Counted from the first letter of the stretch, positions 34,555 to 49,981 are shown. The stretch is DNA of 64,000 nt from Sulfolobaceae archaeon (GCA_038893355.1 JAWARQ010000001.1:272556-336555); one strand, 5' to 3'. Notes: a model not told the origin generated them from the sequence alone. Program-made: numbers and translations.

Positions 34555-36178
34555 TAATGAATTGTAGTATTTTATCTAAATAAATTTCACATAAGACTAT
34601 TGGATAACTTATTTCATACTCCTCAAGAACTATAGGGTTTATTTCACCTATTACTCCAATTATTGTATTACCAGATACTATCTTTGCGCTTCTACCGTTA
34701 ATAAAAATTTTATCATCGTACCTTACATATTCCGGATTTAGTCCAAGATTTTTCAATATCTCATGAACATCAGCCTGTAACTCCTCATAGCTCACTTTAC
34801 TATTCATTATTGCTAATACCATCCTACGGCGATTTCTATAATTTGTCTCACTAGTTTCGTCTCGCTCTACAACATCTCCTATTTCAAATACTCTTACTGG
34901 AAATCTTACATATTGATTTTTCTTTAAAAATAATAGTATAGAGGGTATTAGTGAATTTCTAACGGCATTGTATTCTTCAGATACTGGATTTAAGATCCTA
35001 ACGTATTCTCCTTCTAAATATTTTGACGAGATTAATACGAAATTAAAGACTTCTTCAAATCTGGCACCTATCGCCAAATCTCTTAATAAATTTGTAAGTT
35101 TATTAATTTCTAAAACTTCACCTTTTGTAGATATTTGATATTTTTCTGGTTCCAGTTTATCATAACCTATCATCATCGCAACTTCTTCCACAATATCTAT
35201 TTCTTCTAGCAAGTCTACTCTATAGGGTGGGACCACTACCTTAATTTTATTCTCTCCTAGGTTTTCTACATATAATCTAGCCCTTAAAAGTAACCTTATT
35301 ACTTCTTCTTTAGTTAAATTAACTCCTAAAATTTTATTTATATAGGGAATTTCTACAGTTATTTCTCTTCTAGACAATAATGGAGAGACTGTTGCATAAT
35401 CCGAGTTTACTTTTATAATACCTATTTTTGCCCCACTTTCTGCAAAATTTGTTACTAATATGTCAAGTGTTTGTGAAACAGCTTCTAACGAGGTTCCAGT
35501 AACGTCTATAAAAAGATTCCTTGTTGAAGTATCTAACCTAGTTTTTTCGGAATTTATTACTGGTGGAATACTGAGTACTTTTCCATCTTGTTGAAGTATT
35601 GCTGGTAATTTACCCTCATATAGCGATATGCTACCATATTCTCTCCCTTGTGGTGTTGCTTCTAAAACTTCTTTAACCGACATTTCTGATCTGTAGCCTA
35701 ATGGGATAAATTTATACTCTAATGGTACTTCTTGATAAAGGATTGTTTTACCATCAATTTTATCCAAATCATGAAGTCCTATCGCAACCTTTTTTCTTTT
35801 CCTACCTATTGTTGAATGTAACTTCTCTTGAAATTGAATTATCTCTCTTAAGTATTCGTCATCAATCTTTAAATCATAAATTACTGCACCAAGAACGTAG
35901 GGTCTGCTTCTTACCTTACCTACTATTAGTTCGTAATTTGTATTAATTATATCATATTTGGCTTCTCCTAATTTTCTCTCTAATAAACCATCTATTGCTC
36001 TCTTAATACCATCACTTATTAACAAATCTAAACGATCCGCATTAATCTCTATTTCTATATTATTCTCATCTAATAATTTTGATTCAGATTTTAGTTTAAA
36101 TAGTAAATCCTCAAGTTGTGATTCATCTATATTTAATTTTTTAAGTAATTTATATTTATTAAAAATAACAGTTGGCAT
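34535..36178 (-). CDS. pheT: Phenylalanine--tRNA ligase beta subunit
   Basis: QEKLH..IGRKRKKVAIG, PPVINS, PPYRVD and FEIGDV. Confidence 0.96.
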   Translation of the reverse strand: MPTVIFNKYKLLKKLNIDESQLEDLLFKLKSESKLLDENNIEIEINADRLDLLISDGIKRAIDGLLERKLGEAKYDIINTNYELIVGKVRSRPYVLGAVIYDLKIDDEYLREIIQFQEKLHSTIGRKRKKVAIGLHDLDKIDGKTILYQEVPLEYKFIPLGYRSEMSVKEVLEATPQGREYGSISLYEGKLPAILQQDGKVLSIPPVINSEKTRLDTSTRNLFIDVTGTSLEAVSQTLDILVTNFAESGAKIGIIKVNSDYATVSPLLSRREITVEIPYINKILGVNLTKEEVIRLLLRARLYVENLGENKIKVVVPPYRVDLLEEIDIVEEVAMMIGYDKLEPEKYQISTKGEVLEINKLTNLLRDLAIGARFEEVFNFVLISSKYLEGEYVRILNPVSEEYNAVRNSLIPSILLFLKKNQYVRFPVRVFEIGDVVERDETSETNYRNRRRMVLAIMNSKVSYEELQADVHEILKNLGLNPEYVRYDDKIFINGRSAKIVSGNTIIGVIGEINPIVLEEYEISYPIVLCEIYLDKILQFINARSSY

Positions 36179-37575
36179 TAATAGGTCACCTTTCTCTGCC
36201 TTAAATATTCAATATTATCAGCATACAATAATCTAATATCATTAACACCCAAGAAAGCCATAGCGATTCTCTCTAAACCCATACCCCATGCTCCAGCTAC
36301 TTCATCTATTCCTGCCGGTTTAACTACTTCTGGTCTTAATAAGCCAGCCCCACATACTTCTACCCAACCAAGCTTCTCTAGATATCCATAAACTTCAACA
36401 CTTGGTTCTGTGAATGGAAAGTAAGCTGGCTTAAATTTTATCTTCTTTATTCCAAGTCTCTCATGAATCTCTTTTAGAAGTCCTAACAATTTTCTGAAAT
36501 TAAATCCTTCTTCTATAATTAATCCATCCATTTGGTGGAATTCTATAAGGTGTGTTGCATCAATCTTATCCGGCCTAAATACTTTTCCTATTGTAAATAC
36601 CCTAATTGGTATTTTTGGTCTTGACGCAATTATTCTGGCAGTAGTTGCTGTAGTCTGACTTCTTAGTACGAGTTTCTTTGAAATATCCTCACTCCATTTA
36701 TACTTCCACTTCTCCTCATGCACCTTCTTAACATTTTGCATTAAATTCTCATCAACTATTCTTCCTACCCCTTGTACTGAAAAATTATCATGAATCTCTC
36801 TAGCAGGATGGTCTTGAGGTTGAAATAATAGGTCAAAATTATAAAATTCTAATTCGACGTAATCTGAGGAAACTTCCCTAAACCCTAACTCCTTCATCAC
36901 CTCTCTGACTTTCTCTAAAAATTCGACCATAAAATGCTTCTTTCCAATTGGAACGTATGGAGGTAATGCTGTTACATTATATTCCCTGAGCTTATAATTC
37001 CTCCATTTTCCAGTCTTTAATAGGTCAGAAGTTAAAAACGTTAAGTATTCCTCCTCTTTTTCAATTTGCCTTAATAATTCTACTTCAACATTTAATATTT
37101 CTACTCTTTTAATTAAGTTTCTCTGCTCTAAAATTCTTAAGACATCTTGTGGTGCATTTTCTGGGTTTCTTAAAAAGTTAATTTCGGGCGAAGTATAGTC
37201 TTCTATTAATGGAATTACCATGCCGCCCTCTATTTTTATCAATCCTTTTCTCTTAGCCCAACCTACTGCAATATCGAAATCTTTCCCCATCTCATCTTTT
37301 AAATCTTTTAAAGGTCTAGGTTTGCCTCCTAGCTTCTTTATTAGTAAATCTTCAGGCAAACCTTCCCTTAATCTCTTATAACCTTCTTCAGTAAGTTCGT
37401 GTATTATTTTTTCAAATCTTTTCACTTCGACTATTCCTTTTGATTTTAACAACTCTAGTAAACTAATTACTGAACTTTTAGGCAAGTTTAATTGAGTAGA
37501 TAGCTCCTCTAAATTAGATTTACCATTTTTTTGTTTTAAAAAATTTATTATCTTTAATTCTCCTTCACTATACAT
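36178..37575 (-). CDS. pheS: Phenylalanine--tRNA ligase alpha subunit
   Basis: QDHPARE, DATHLIEFHQ, YFPFTEPS and GMGLER. Confidence 0.97.
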   Translation of the reverse strand: MYSEGELKIINFLKQKNGKSNLEELSTQLNLPKSSVISLLELLKSKGIVEVKRFEKIIHELTEEGYKRLREGLPEDLLIKKLGGKPRPLKDLKDEMGKDFDIAVGWAKRKGLIKIEGGMVIPLIEDYTSPEINFLRNPENAPQDVLRILEQRNLIKRVEILNVEVELLRQIEKEEEYLTFLTSDLLKTGKWRNYKLREYNVTALPPYVPIGKKHFMVEFLEKVREVMKELGFREVSSDYVELEFYNFDLLFQPQDHPAREIHDNFSVQGVGRIVDENLMQNVKKVHEEKWKYKWSEDISKKLVLRSQTTATTARIIASRPKIPIRVFTIGKVFRPDKIDATHLIEFHQMDGLIIEEGFNFRKLLGLLKEIHERLGIKKIKFKPAYFPFTEPSVEVYGYLEKLGWVEVCGAGLLRPEVVKPAGIDEVAGAWGMGLERIAMAFLGVNDIRLLYADNIEYLRQRKVTY

Positions 37576-37581
37576 TTACTA

Positions 37582-38265
37582 TCACAATTCAATTTCTTCT
37601 CCTGGTTTTAAAATAAGTACACTATATCCCTTTTTCTTTACTAGTTCTGCGAACAAGTTCGGATCTGATTTAATGAGATCCCATGTATTGTAATGTATTG
37701 GTATTGCAGCCTTTCTTGGTTTTATGAGCTCCACTGCTATTGAAGCTTGATATGGATCCATTGTAAATCTTCCACCTATAGGCAATAAGGCATAGTCTGG
37801 TCTAAAGATCTCACCAATAAGTCTCATGTCTTCGAATACTCCAGTATCCCCCGCATGGTATATCGTAACTCTTCCATCAGATATAACAACACCCATAGGA
37901 TCAGAGTATTGACTAGAATGTACTGCTTTAGTTAGTGCTAGCTTTAATCCATCAAATTCAACATATCCTCCTACATTTGCCGGTATCATTCTTTCCCATG
38001 CAATATTAAATTTCTCAGCTAAGTAAGCTTCCAGATCATAACTAGTAAATAACTTTGCCTTAGGATTATTCTTTAGGAGTTCTACTGTATCTCCTAAATG
38101 ATCATAATGATCATGTGTTACTGCAATTAAATCTACATTATTTTTAAAGAAATCTAACTTTACCGGTGATAATGGGTTGTCCTTTATCATAGGGTCAATT
38201 AGTACCCTCTTATTCTGGATGTTAAGCTCTACTGCTGCATGACCTAACCACTTAAGCCTAGCCAT
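37582..38265 (-). CDS. Metallo-beta-lactamase-fold hydrolase (UPF0173-like)
   Basis: THDHYDH, HAGDT, LPIGG.FTM and PIHYNT motifs. Confidence 0.9.
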   Translation of the reverse strand: MARLKWLGHAAVELNIQNKRVLIDPMIKDNPLSPVKLDFFKNNVDLIAVTHDHYDHLGDTVELLKNNPKAKLFTSYDLEAYLAEKFNIAWERMIPANVGGYVEFDGLKLALTKAVHSSQYSDPMGVVISDGRVTIYHAGDTGVFEDMRLIGEIFRPDYALLPIGGRFTMDPYQASIAVELIKPRKAAIPIHYNTWDLIKSDPNLFAELVKKKGYSVLILKPGEEIEL

Positions 38266-38320
38266 AATTGCATTTTAGAAAATTAGAAATTAAAAACTAT
38301 TAATACAATATCACATCTAG

Positions 38321-39223
38321 ATGAGTGAAGAAGAATTAGAATTCTTAATAAAGGCAGGGAAGATTGCTGCAAAGGCTAGAGAAGAAGGTTTAAGATTAAT
38401 AAAGCCAGGAGTGAAAGTATTTGAAATTTGTGAAAGGGTTGAGGAAATAATAATTAGGGAAGGCGCTAGACCAGCGTTTCCATGTAATCTTTCTATAAAT
38501 TATGAGGCGGCACACTACTCTCCAATTTTAAATGATGAAAAGGTAATTCCAGAAGGGGCTATTGTAAAGTTAGATGTAGGTGCACAAATTAACGGTTACA
38601 TAACAGATACAGCTGTTACTATCGTACTTGATGATAAGTACCAAAAACTCGCAGATGCGGCTCGGGATGCTCTAGCTGCAGCAATATCGAACTTTAAAGT
38701 AGGTGTAAGTTTAGGCGATATTGGAAGGGTTATTGAGAAGGTTATTAAGATGTATGGCTTTAAGCCAATTAGAAATTTAGGAGGTCACTTAATTAGGAGA
38801 TATGAATTACATGCAGGAATCTTTGTTCCTAATGTTTCAGATAGAAGTCCTTGGAGAATCCAGAAAGGTCAAGTTTTTGCAATTGAGCCTTTTGCAACTA
38901 ATGGTGGGGGCGAGGTAATAGAAGGAAAAGAAGTCACGATTTATGCCTTAAAGAATTATACTGAGAAAAATCTAACTCAAAAAGAATCAATTTTAGTTAA
39001 GGAAATATATAATAGATTTTATACTCTTCCATTTAACGAGAGGTGGTTAAGAGATATTATGCAACCCATTGAATTGAGGGAAGTCTTAAGAAATTTAGTT
39101 AAAAAGAATGTATTGCGACAATATCCTATTTTAATTGAGTCTAAGAAGGGAATTGTTACACAATTCGAGCATACTGTATATGTAGATTCTGATAGACCTA
39201 TTGTACTAACTGATAAGGGTTAG
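38321..39223 (+). CDS. map: Methionine aminopeptidase type II
   Basis: AFPCN, AAHYSP, DTAVT, NLGGH, AIEPF and QFEHT motifs. Confidence 0.96.
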   Translation: MSEEELEFLIKAGKIAAKAREEGLRLIKPGVKVFEICERVEEIIIREGARPAFPCNLSINYEAAHYSPILNDEKVIPEGAIVKLDVGAQINGYITDTAVTIVLDDKYQKLADAARDALAAAISNFKVGVSLGDIGRVIEKVIKMYGFKPIRNLGGHLIRRYELHAGIFVPNVSDRSPWRIQKGQVFAIEPFATNGGGEVIEGKEVTIYALKNYTEKNLTQKESILVKEIYNRFYTLPFNERWLRDIMQPIELREVLRNLVKKNVLRQYPILIESKKGIVTQFEHTVYVDSDRPIVLTDKG

Positions 39224-39373
39224 AAATTTTTAATCTAAATTAAAATTTAATTAATTAAATATTTAGATAGAAACCGTTAACTACAAAATTTTAATTTTTA
39301 GGAAGTATTGTGTAGAAAGTTAGATCTCATGAAAACTTAATTTCTCCAATTACTACGACTAAATTAGGTATAA

Positions 39374-40540
39374 ATGGTGTTGTTATTAAATTCCGTAATT
39401 GTGTTAGCACAATCCACACAAACTTCATCTTCAGTAGATCAACTAAGCGCAATTCTACCAGCTCTACCTCTATACATCTTCTTTTTATTAGCGATTTTAC
39501 TTTCAATGCCTGGAATAGGCCAAAGGTTTCAAATTTCATTAATGGCTAGAGGAATAGAGCAGGAGATAGAAAGAATAGGAAGGTTTGCAGTAGATGCAAA
39601 AATGTTAACAGAAAGGCTACTTAAGGATAAAGGGGTAGAGGATGCGAAGGGTTTGACAGAGAAGCTAAGTGAAATGTTCATTATTGATCCAGTTAGTGTT
39701 GAACCCACTGATATAATCTCGCGTATGAGACATCTACTAAGAAGTAGTGAAGATAAGATTAGGAATATAATAATTAAAGCAGCGCCCAATATTGATCCAG
39801 TTACAAGAAGTAAAATTGAAGTTTCAGCAGAAATAACTAATGCTCTAAATATAATATACAAGATATTAAAACACTATTTAATTTTAGCAAAGAAACTTAA
39901 TAGCTTAATATACTTATACCAACTTCAAAATATAGTACCTATAATTGTTAAGTATGCTGAAGCTTATGTTAGAGCACAGAAGGTGTTTTTAGACGGTATA
40001 CCAGTTGGAGATTCATTAGGTCCATTAGTTGCATCTAGATTTATATTAAATGGTAAAATAGTTAATAAATGGTCTCCAAGTAGAGATACTGTTGCAGTAG
40101 AGACTGAATTTGAAGGTAGAAAGCTAATTATAGTGAAGGCAGAAGGACCAATGGCAACTGTAGGTACGCCAGGGGAAGCTGTAGCAAATGTGATAGAGAA
40201 GTTAGGAGGTAAGGTTGCAAGGATAATAACTGTTGATGCTGCATTAAGATTAGAGAGTGAGACTACTGGAATTATTGCAGAAGGTACTGGTGTTGCAATG
40301 GGTGATCCAGGGCCTGAAAAAATAGCAATAGAGAGGGTTGCAGTAAAGTATGGAATACCTATTGATGCTATAATAGTGAAGATGAGTATGGAAGAGGCTA
40401 TAACTGAGATGAGAAAAGAAATATATCAAGCTGCTGATAAAGTAGTTGAAATGGTTAAAAAGTCAATATTAGAGAGGACGAATGTCGGAGATACAGTTAT
40501 ATTAGTAGGTGTTGGAAACACTGTTGGTGTAGCGCAGTGA
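39374..40540 (+). CDS. DUF1512-like membrane-anchored protein
   Basis: N-terminal hydrophobic segments; [20 protein letters not shown] and [10 protein letters not shown]. Confidence 0.75.
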   Translation: MVLLLNSVIVLAQSTQTSSSVDQLSAILPALPLYIFFLLAILLSMPGIGQRFQISLMARGIEQEIERIGRFAVDAKMLTERLLKDKGVEDAKGLTEKLSEMFIIDPVSVEPTDIISRMRHLLRSSEDKIRNIIIKAAPNIDPVTRSKIEVSAEITNALNIIYKILKHYLILAKKLNSLIYLYQLQNIVPIIVKYAEAYVRAQKVFLDGIPVGDSLGPLVASRFILNGKIVNKWSPSRDTVAVETEFEGRKLIIVKAEGPMATVGTPGEAVANVIEKLGGKVARIITVDAALRLESETTGIIAEGTGVAMGDPGPEKIAIERVAVKYGIPIDAIIVKMSMEEAITEMRKEIYQAADKVVEMVKKSILERTNVGDTVILVGVGNTVGVAQ

Positions 40541-40728
40541 GTTCTGAAATCTTATCCAGACCTAAAGTTATTACAGTTATAAAATGTTTAACTTGCGATT
40601 ATTCTGAGGAGAGACAGTTTCAGGTTGGCGATTATGTAATGAAAGTTATTGAGGATAAAAAGTGTCCGAAGGATGGGGGAGAGTTAAGAATTATTGGTAT
40701 ATATGCTTTACCCGAACAGCGAAAATGA
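40537..40728 (+). CDS. Small zinc-ribbon protein
   Basis: CLTC...CPKD; GTGA overlap with the upstream gene. Confidence 0.75.
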   Translation: MSSEILSRPKVITVIKCLTCDYSEERQFQVGDYVMKVIEDKKCPKDGGELRIIGIYALPEQRK

Positions 40729-40762
40729 ATAGTTTTTTAAGTTAATGTGTAAATAATTAATT

Positions 40763-40885
40763 GCCCACCCGGCCATAGTGGGCGGGCAACACCCGGACTC
40801 ATTTCGAACCCGGAAGTTAAGCCGCCCACGTTGCAAGGGCCGTGGGATCCGCGAGGGCCCGCAGCCCTTGCAAGCCGGGATGGGC
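40763..40885 (+). rRNA. rrf: 5S ribosomal RNA (stand-alone)
   Basis: GC-rich 123 nt; terminal helix GCCCA/TGGGC; conserved CCGGACTCATTTCGAACCCGGAAGTTAAGCC; TATA-like TTTTTAA about 25 nt upstream. Confidence 0.95.
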
Positions 40886-40916
40886 ATTTATCTACTAGTC
40901 TTCAAATTTTTATAAT

Positions 40917-44238
<3,322 letters not shown>

Positions 44239-44239
<1 letters not shown>

Positions 44240-45195
44240 TGGAAGTTACAAGTATCTTACTTCCTATAATTATTAGTTCCATAGTAACTTTTATAACTAC
44301 TAAATGGATTATTATCTCAGCTAAATCAAGGGGCTTTGTAGGAAAGGATATTAATAAGAAGAATAAACCTGAGATACCATCGTTAGGAGGGATAGGGATA
44401 GTAGCAGGCTTTGTTGCTGGATGTTTAACCTTATTAGGAATTTTCAAGGATCAAAGAATAATAGCACCCATCTTATTGACTTCTCTAATTATAGGCTTCT
44501 TAGGACTACTAGACGACATTTTTAATATTAGGCAATCCATCAGAGCTATATTACCTGTATTCGCTTCTGTCCCACTATCAATATATAGTTTAGGCCACTC
44601 TACAATAAATATTCCGTTTATTGGCGTTATAGATTTCAGTATTTGGTATTATATTATATTAGTTCCAGCATCAGTAACAATAGCCTCAAATGCGTTTAAC
44701 ATGCTTGAAGGTTTAAATGGGTTAGGTGCAGGTTTAGGAGTAATAATGGCTTTAGCATTTGCAATAATAGGCCTAAACTCGAAGGGAGCTACATATTTAG
44801 CAGGAATAATAAGTTTAATATTAATATCAACTTTAATAACATTTTTATATTTTAATTTTTACCCAGCGAAAATATTTCCTGGGAATATAGGAACTTATTT
44901 CATTGGCGCAGTAATTGGTGCAATAGGTATTGCAGGCTTTATGTTAACCGCTCTTGCAATTTTGTATATTCCCTATGTAATCGAGTTTGTTTTAAAGGCA
45001 CGAACTAGATTTAAGGGTATATCTTTCGGCGATCCTGACGAAAACGGGATTTTACATTGGAACTCATTTCCTAACTCACTTACTCATGTAATAATGAAAC
45101 TAGGTAAATTTAAGGAATATGAGATTGTTATAATTTTATGGCTAATTGAGTCAGCCTTTGCAGTATTAGCTATATTCCTTCAGAGAGTTACATGA
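44239..45195 (+). CDS. aglH: UDP-GlcNAc:dolichyl-phosphate GlcNAc-1-P transferase (MraY/GPT family)
   Basis: GKDINK, LGLLDD, NAFNMLEGLNGL and PAKIFPGNIG; multiple TM segments. Confidence 0.85.
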
Positions 45196-45218
45196 GGAAA
45201 TTTGAGTTTAGTCCAAAA

Positions 45219-45294
<76 letters not shown>

Positions 45295-45343
45295 ATTATC
45301 AAATAAAAGTTTACCTTAAATATAAATCTTACTAGGTGAAGAT

Positions 45344-45550
45344 ATGAAGGTTAAGGTTAAATTAATTCGAGAAAGAACGGAAAAAGTAATTGAGCTACCA
45401 GATAACTCTACGGTTAAGGATGCTTTAAGAAAACTAGGTTACTCAACACAAAGTGTTGTTGTAGTTAAGGATGGTTCTCCAATTGTAGAAGAAGAGAAGT
45501 TAAGGGATAATGATGAGATTGTAGTCTATTTAATAGCTTCTGGAGGTTAA
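45344..45550 (+). CDS. Ubiquitin-like sulfur carrier (MoaD/ThiS/TtuB/SAMP family)
   Basis: 68 aa beta-grasp pattern ending SGG; AGGTGA ribosome-binding site; adjacent to ttuA. Confidence 0.9.
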   Translation: MKVKVKLIRERTEKVIELPDNSTVKDALRKLGYSTQSVVVVKDGSPIVEEEKLRDNDEIVVYLIASGG

Positions 45551-45587
45551 ACTAGATTTATGAATATGTGTTACAAGATAAATATTT

Positions 45588-46544
45588 GTGAGATGTAGTA
45601 AGTGCCAAAATAAGGCTATAATATCTATAAAATATGCAGGGCTATATTTATGCAAGGAACATCTTAATGAATGGTTAGAGTCCAGAGTTCAAAGGACAAT
45701 AGAGAAGTATAAGATGATATCTAAAAATGATGTTGTAGCAGTTGCTGTTTCTGGTGGAAAGGATAGTACTACACTACTTCATGTATTACATAAACTTTCT
45801 AATAAGATGGGGTTTGAGATTATTGGACTTAACATTGATTTGGGGATTGATGGTGGGTACGAATATTCTAAAAAGAGTACTGAGATTGCCAGAAAAAATT
45901 TTGAAATGCTTGGTATTAAATATAGAATAATAAGGCTAAAAGAAGAATTCGGTTTCGGTATTGATGATACTAAGAACAAAACAAGCAGACCAGTATGCAG
46001 TACTTGTGGAATAGTAAAGAGGTATCTATTAAATAGATTCGCAAAAGAGATGGGTGCTAATGTTTTAGCTACGGGACACAATTTAAATGATATAGCACAA
46101 TTTATACTTGCAGGCTACGTTAATGGTGATGTAAATAACCTTTCTAAACTTAGCCCAGTGTTACCAGCAGAATTTGGTTTCATTAAGAAAATTAAACCGC
46201 TTTTTCTAATCCCTGAAAAGGAAATAATGACTTATGCTATATCTAATAATATACAATTTGTATATGACTCATGTCCTCACACTTTTAGAAGAATAGGTGG
46301 TGTAATGCAGACTTCAATTAGGAGAAGTTTAGAGGAATTAGAAGAAAGGGTTCCTGGCATTATGCTAAGATTAGTTGAAAATTTCGAGGAAAAGATTAGG
46401 CCGTTATTAGAGATCAGAACTGAAAAAGAAGAATTAAACTTCTGTAAAGAATGTGGTATGCCCACTTCAAAGGGCAGAGAATTATGTTCATTCTGTGCAA
46501 TTAGGTCAAAGTTGACTAAACAGTCTTTAACCCATGTCCAGTGA
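45588..46544 (+). CDS. ttuA: tRNA 2-thiolation protein (TtuA/Ncs6/NcsA family)
   Basis: N- and C-terminal Zn fingers, SGGKDS PP-loop, CSTCG, TGHNLND and CPH. Confidence 0.85.
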   Translation: MRCSKCQNKAIISIKYAGLYLCKEHLNEWLESRVQRTIEKYKMISKNDVVAVAVSGGKDSTTLLHVLHKLSNKMGFEIIGLNIDLGIDGGYEYSKKSTEIARKNFEMLGIKYRIIRLKEEFGFGIDDTKNKTSRPVCSTCGIVKRYLLNRFAKEMGANVLATGHNLNDIAQFILAGYVNGDVNNLSKLSPVLPAEFGFIKKIKPLFLIPEKEIMTYAISNNIQFVYDSCPHTFRRIGGVMQTSIRRSLEELEERVPGIMLRLVENFEEKIRPLLEIRTEKEELNFCKECGMPTSKGRELCSFCAIRSKLTKQSLTHVQ

Positions 46545-47556
46545 GTATTAGTACTGATAATAAGTCGTTATTCTCACCATTAGAATTATACTTTTCATAC
46601 GCTGCATATACAGTAGCAGAGCTATATTCTACAAAGAAACCGCTTTTAGCTAACTTCGAATGTGCATCAATTATCTCCCTCTCATCGACTATTACACAAT
46701 CTCCGTTCTCCTTCAAAACCTTAATCATTTCATCAATTAGGATTGGGTTAGTGGAAATTAATGCATCAGCGACTGAGCTAACTTGAGCTGGTGGAGTGTA
46801 AGGAATTCCCTTAAGTTTTGAGCATACTGGCATTACTTGGCTAGTTTGAACTGCAATAATTTTCGGCATTTTTTCTATAATTCCCGAAATTAAAAGATGT
46901 CTAAATCCTTCGTAGACCCCTAAGAGTAAAGTTCCAGCTGAGACTGGTAAGAATATAAGGTCAGGAGATTTCCAACCTAAATCTCTTGAAATTTCATATG
47001 ATAATGTCCTTATTCCATCTCTAAATTCTGGATTAAGGACATGAGAGGCATAATAAACCCCAGCTTTCTCTGCATTAATTGCCACATCCTCTCTACTTCC
47101 CTTTACTCTTATAACCTTCGCCCCATAAGCTTCAATTTGTCTAAGCTTATTGCCTTTTGCAGTTTCTGGTACGTATATTAGTGCCTCAATTCCAGCTCTG
47201 GCTGCATATGCTGCAATTGCAGCTCCAGCATTTCCAGAAGAATCTTCGCTTATTTTCTTTATTCCTTTTTGCTTTAAATAGGAAATTAAAGTTACTGCAC
47301 CTCTATCTTTATATGATCCAGTAGGATTTAAATAATCTAATTTAAAATATAAATTTTTACTTATTTTAATTAATGGTGTATTCCATTCCCCTAATGTAAT
47401 CCATTCTCTTATATATGGAAAATTTTCTCTTATATTTTCCTTTTTAAAATGAAAATTAATTTTAATTTTAAAATATCCTCCACAATGCTTGCAACGTATT
47501 TCGCTATCTTCTCTAGGAGACCCACACTTTGAACAGACTACTTCTATTATTTTCAT
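46516..47556 (-). CDS. Threonine-synthase-like PLP enzyme (fold type II)
   Basis: [23 protein letters not shown] and TGHGLK motifs. Confidence 0.88.
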   Translation of the reverse strand: MKIIEVVCSKCGSPREDSEIRCKHCGGYFKIKINFHFKKENIRENFPYIREWITLGEWNTPLIKISKNLYFKLDYLNPTGSYKDRGAVTLISYLKQKGIKKISEDSSGNAGAAIAAYAARAGIEALIYVPETAKGNKLRQIEAYGAKVIRVKGSREDVAINAEKAGVYYASHVLNPEFRDGIRTLSYEISRDLGWKSPDLIFLPVSAGTLLLGVYEGFRHLLISGIIEKMPKIIAVQTSQVMPVCSKLKGIPYTPPAQVSSVADALISTNPILIDEMIKVLKENGDCVIVDEREIIDAHSKLAKSGFFVEYSSATVYAAYEKYNSNGENNDLLSVLILTGHGLKTV

Positions 47557-47590
47557 AGTATAATCCTTTTGAGTGATAAAAATAAGACAT

Positions 47591-47681
<91 letters not shown>

Positions 47682-47863
47682 CTGTACAGCTAATGAGATT
47701 AAGAATAACGTATATATAAAGTTGTTTGATTAATACATTATTACTACACAGTATTGAAAAGTATAAAATTCATGTCCAAATAACTTCATCCTATATAGGA
47801 ATATAAAGTTAATAAACAATTGCAGTACTTCTGTTCTGATATTCTATATATAGTTTCAAATAG

Positions 47864-47895
47864 AAAAGTTTATATACTTTTGGGTTGACCCAAAA
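47864..47895 (+). promoter_or_regulatory. BRE/TATA box followed by the inverted repeat TTTTGGGT-tg-ACCCAAAA (operator candidate)
   Basis: AAAAGTTTATATA about 25-30 nt before ATG 47899; perfect 8-2-8 palindrome at 47878-47895. Confidence 0.55.
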
Positions 47896-47898
47896 AAT

Positions 47899-48654
47899 AT
47901 GAAAAATAAAAAAGAATTGATTTTGGCAGTTACTGTAAGTTCCGCAATAATAGTAGCAATCTTATCAATGCCAGATATTTTAGAACCAATAGCTGAAAAT
48001 ATTATAAGAGAATTAGGTTATATCTTACCCATGGCACTTTTAGTCATAGGGATAATTCATGGACTCAAACCAGATGAGCATACTTGGCCTATAACAATAT
48101 CTTATGCTCTAATGCAGAAAAATATTTATGGTGCGGTAAAATCTACAGTTGTCTTCGCCCTTGCACTTACAACAATATGGACTGCACTTAGTGCCTTAGT
48201 TGGAGAAGTAATTAACTTGGGCCTGGCTACTGGTGTCTTAGACCCTGAGGTAGACATAATAGTAGGTCTAACTATGATAGGAGTTGCAATACTTTACCTT
48301 TTAAGGTCAAAATCAAAGGAAGATCCTGAGGGTGTTAAGTCTTCTGCTCCAGATTATAAGCTGATCTGGATACATGGTGTTGCGGCAGCTTTTGGCGGAG
48401 ACTTTTTTGTTGTATTACTTCTATCAGTTAGTATTACTACATTACTACCATCATTTCCTACATTTCTTGTTGGTCTCTTATTTGGACTTGGAAGTCTAGC
48501 ATCACAATTAGTTGTTGTTCTATTGGCTTATAGTGGATTAGTAAAGTCCATAAAATCTCCACAGACCTTAGTAAATGTTGGTAAACTTTCTTTACTATTC
48601 TTAGGCATATTTATGATAGTTCTCGGAATTTTTTCATACCTTATACCTAGTTAA
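47899..48654 (+). CDS. Membrane protein, Ni/Co transporter-like (NiCoT/UreH/RcnA-related)
   Basis: HGLKPDEHTWP resembles the HxxxxDH signature; about 7 TM segments. Confidence 0.6.
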   Translation: MKNKKELILAVTVSSAIIVAILSMPDILEPIAENIIRELGYILPMALLVIGIIHGLKPDEHTWPITISYALMQKNIYGAVKSTVVFALALTTIWTALSALVGEVINLGLATGVLDPEVDIIVGLTMIGVAILYLLRSKSKEDPEGVKSSAPDYKLIWIHGVAAAFGGDFFVVLLLSVSITTLLPSFPTFLVGLLFGLGSLASQLVVVLLAYSGLVKSIKSPQTLVNVGKLSLLFLGIFMIVLGIFSYLIPS

Positions 48655-49981
48655 TCTCATCAACTAATAGTAAATTAGTTCTTTTTGGCAATGTTCCAGC
48701 AACTATTATAACTTTATCTCCTCTTTTAACTAAAGCCCTCTTTAAGGCCTCTTTTTTCATAATTCCTATTAAATCATTTATATTAATCTCCTCCATTATT
48801 TTATCTACTTCAAGAGTAATTATCCCCCAACAGATTCTTAACTTCCTTAATAATGATTTATTATTACTAAAGCATATTACGTCAATTTTAGGCCTGAGTC
48901 TAGTTATTCTAAGCACTGTAGAACCAGTTCTTGTGAAAACTAAAATTGATCTAGCCTTAGATAACTTAGCTGCAGATACTGCAGCATAGGCTATAGCATC
49001 ATCATACGACCTTATTGGTGGAACTCCCTTAATTCTAAAACTCTTTTCAACACTTCTTATTACGGAATCTAACGTTCTAACTGCTTCAATAGGATAATTA
49101 CCTATTGCGGTTTCATCACTTAATAATATTGCATCTACTCCGTTTAGAACTGAATTTGTTATATCTATAATTTCCGCCCTAGTAGGTTGAGGTGAATTTA
49201 TCATCGATTCTAGAACTTGAGTCGCTAATATTACGGGCTTACCAAACATTCTAGAAATCCTTATAATTTTTGCTTGAATAATAGGCAATCTCTCTAATCC
49301 TACTTGAACTCCTAAATCACCTCTGGCAATCATCACAGAATCAGCTTCATTAATTACACTTTCTAAATCCTTTAACTCCATTTCTATTTTAGCTACTATC
49401 CATACATCCTCACTTACAATCTCCCTTAATTTTATAATATCATCTCTTGACGTGACATACGAGAGTCCTATGAAATCAACTCCGTAATCTTTGGCTAACT
49501 TTGCTAATCTAATATCTTCTTCCCGTGCTGAAAATGGAAGTTTTACATTAGGAATATTAATTCCCTTTCCAGAACTAATTATTCCCTCACTCTCAACTAT
49601 TCCTTCTGCATAATCATTCCCTACTTCTATTATTTTTACTTTTATTGCGCCATCAGAGATTAGGATATAACTACCTTTACTTACTATCTTAAACAGTAAT
49701 GGATTTACCGGAATTTCTTTACCTAGTATAATTTTTTGCCCTCTTTTAACCATAATTTTATCTCCCTCCAACTTTCCAACCCTAAGCTTTAGTCCCGGCA
49801 GATCTGCGAGTATTGGCACTTCTGGTGCCTCTTCCCTTATTCGCTTAAGATATTCTATCCTTTGTTTATCATCCCCATGTGCTAGATTAATTCGAAATAT
49901 ATCAACATATTTTGATAACTCCTTTATTTTATCTAGGCTAGATGGACCTATTGTTGCTATTATCTTTGTTCTCCTATCCAT
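48647..49981 (-). CDS. pyk: Pyruvate kinase
   Basis: TKIIATIGP, MIARGDLG, ATQVLESM, PTRAE and LSDETA motifs. Confidence 0.96.
   Translation of the reverse strand: MDRRTKIIATIGPSSLDKIKELSKYVDIFRINLAHGDDKQRIEYLKRIREEAPEVPILADLPGLKLRVGKLEGDKIMVKRGQKIILGKEIPVNPLLFKIVSKGSYILISDGAIKVKIIEVGNDYAEGIVESEGIISSGKGINIPNVKLPFSAREEDIRLAKLAKDYGVDFIGLSYVTSRDDIIKLREIVSEDVWIVAKIEMELKDLESVINEADSVMIARGDLGVQVGLERLPIIQAKIIRISRMFGKPVILATQVLESMINSPQPTRAEIIDITNSVLNGVDAILLSDETAIGNYPIEAVRTLDSVIRSVEKSFRIKGVPPIRSYDDAIAYAAVSAAKLSKARSILVFTRTGSTVLRITRLRPKIDVICFSNNKSLLRKLRICWGIITLEVDKIMEEININDLIGIMKKEALKRALVKRGDKVIIVAGTLPKRTNLLLVDEIN

Noticed and set aside
39224-39373. AT-only palindromes upstream of the DUF1512-like gene
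   Set aside because: Low-complexity A/T sequence whose symmetry cannot be distinguished from chance.
40763-40885. Isolated 5S rRNA as an anomaly
   Set aside because: A 5S gene unlinked from 16S-23S is the normal arrangement in Crenarchaeota.
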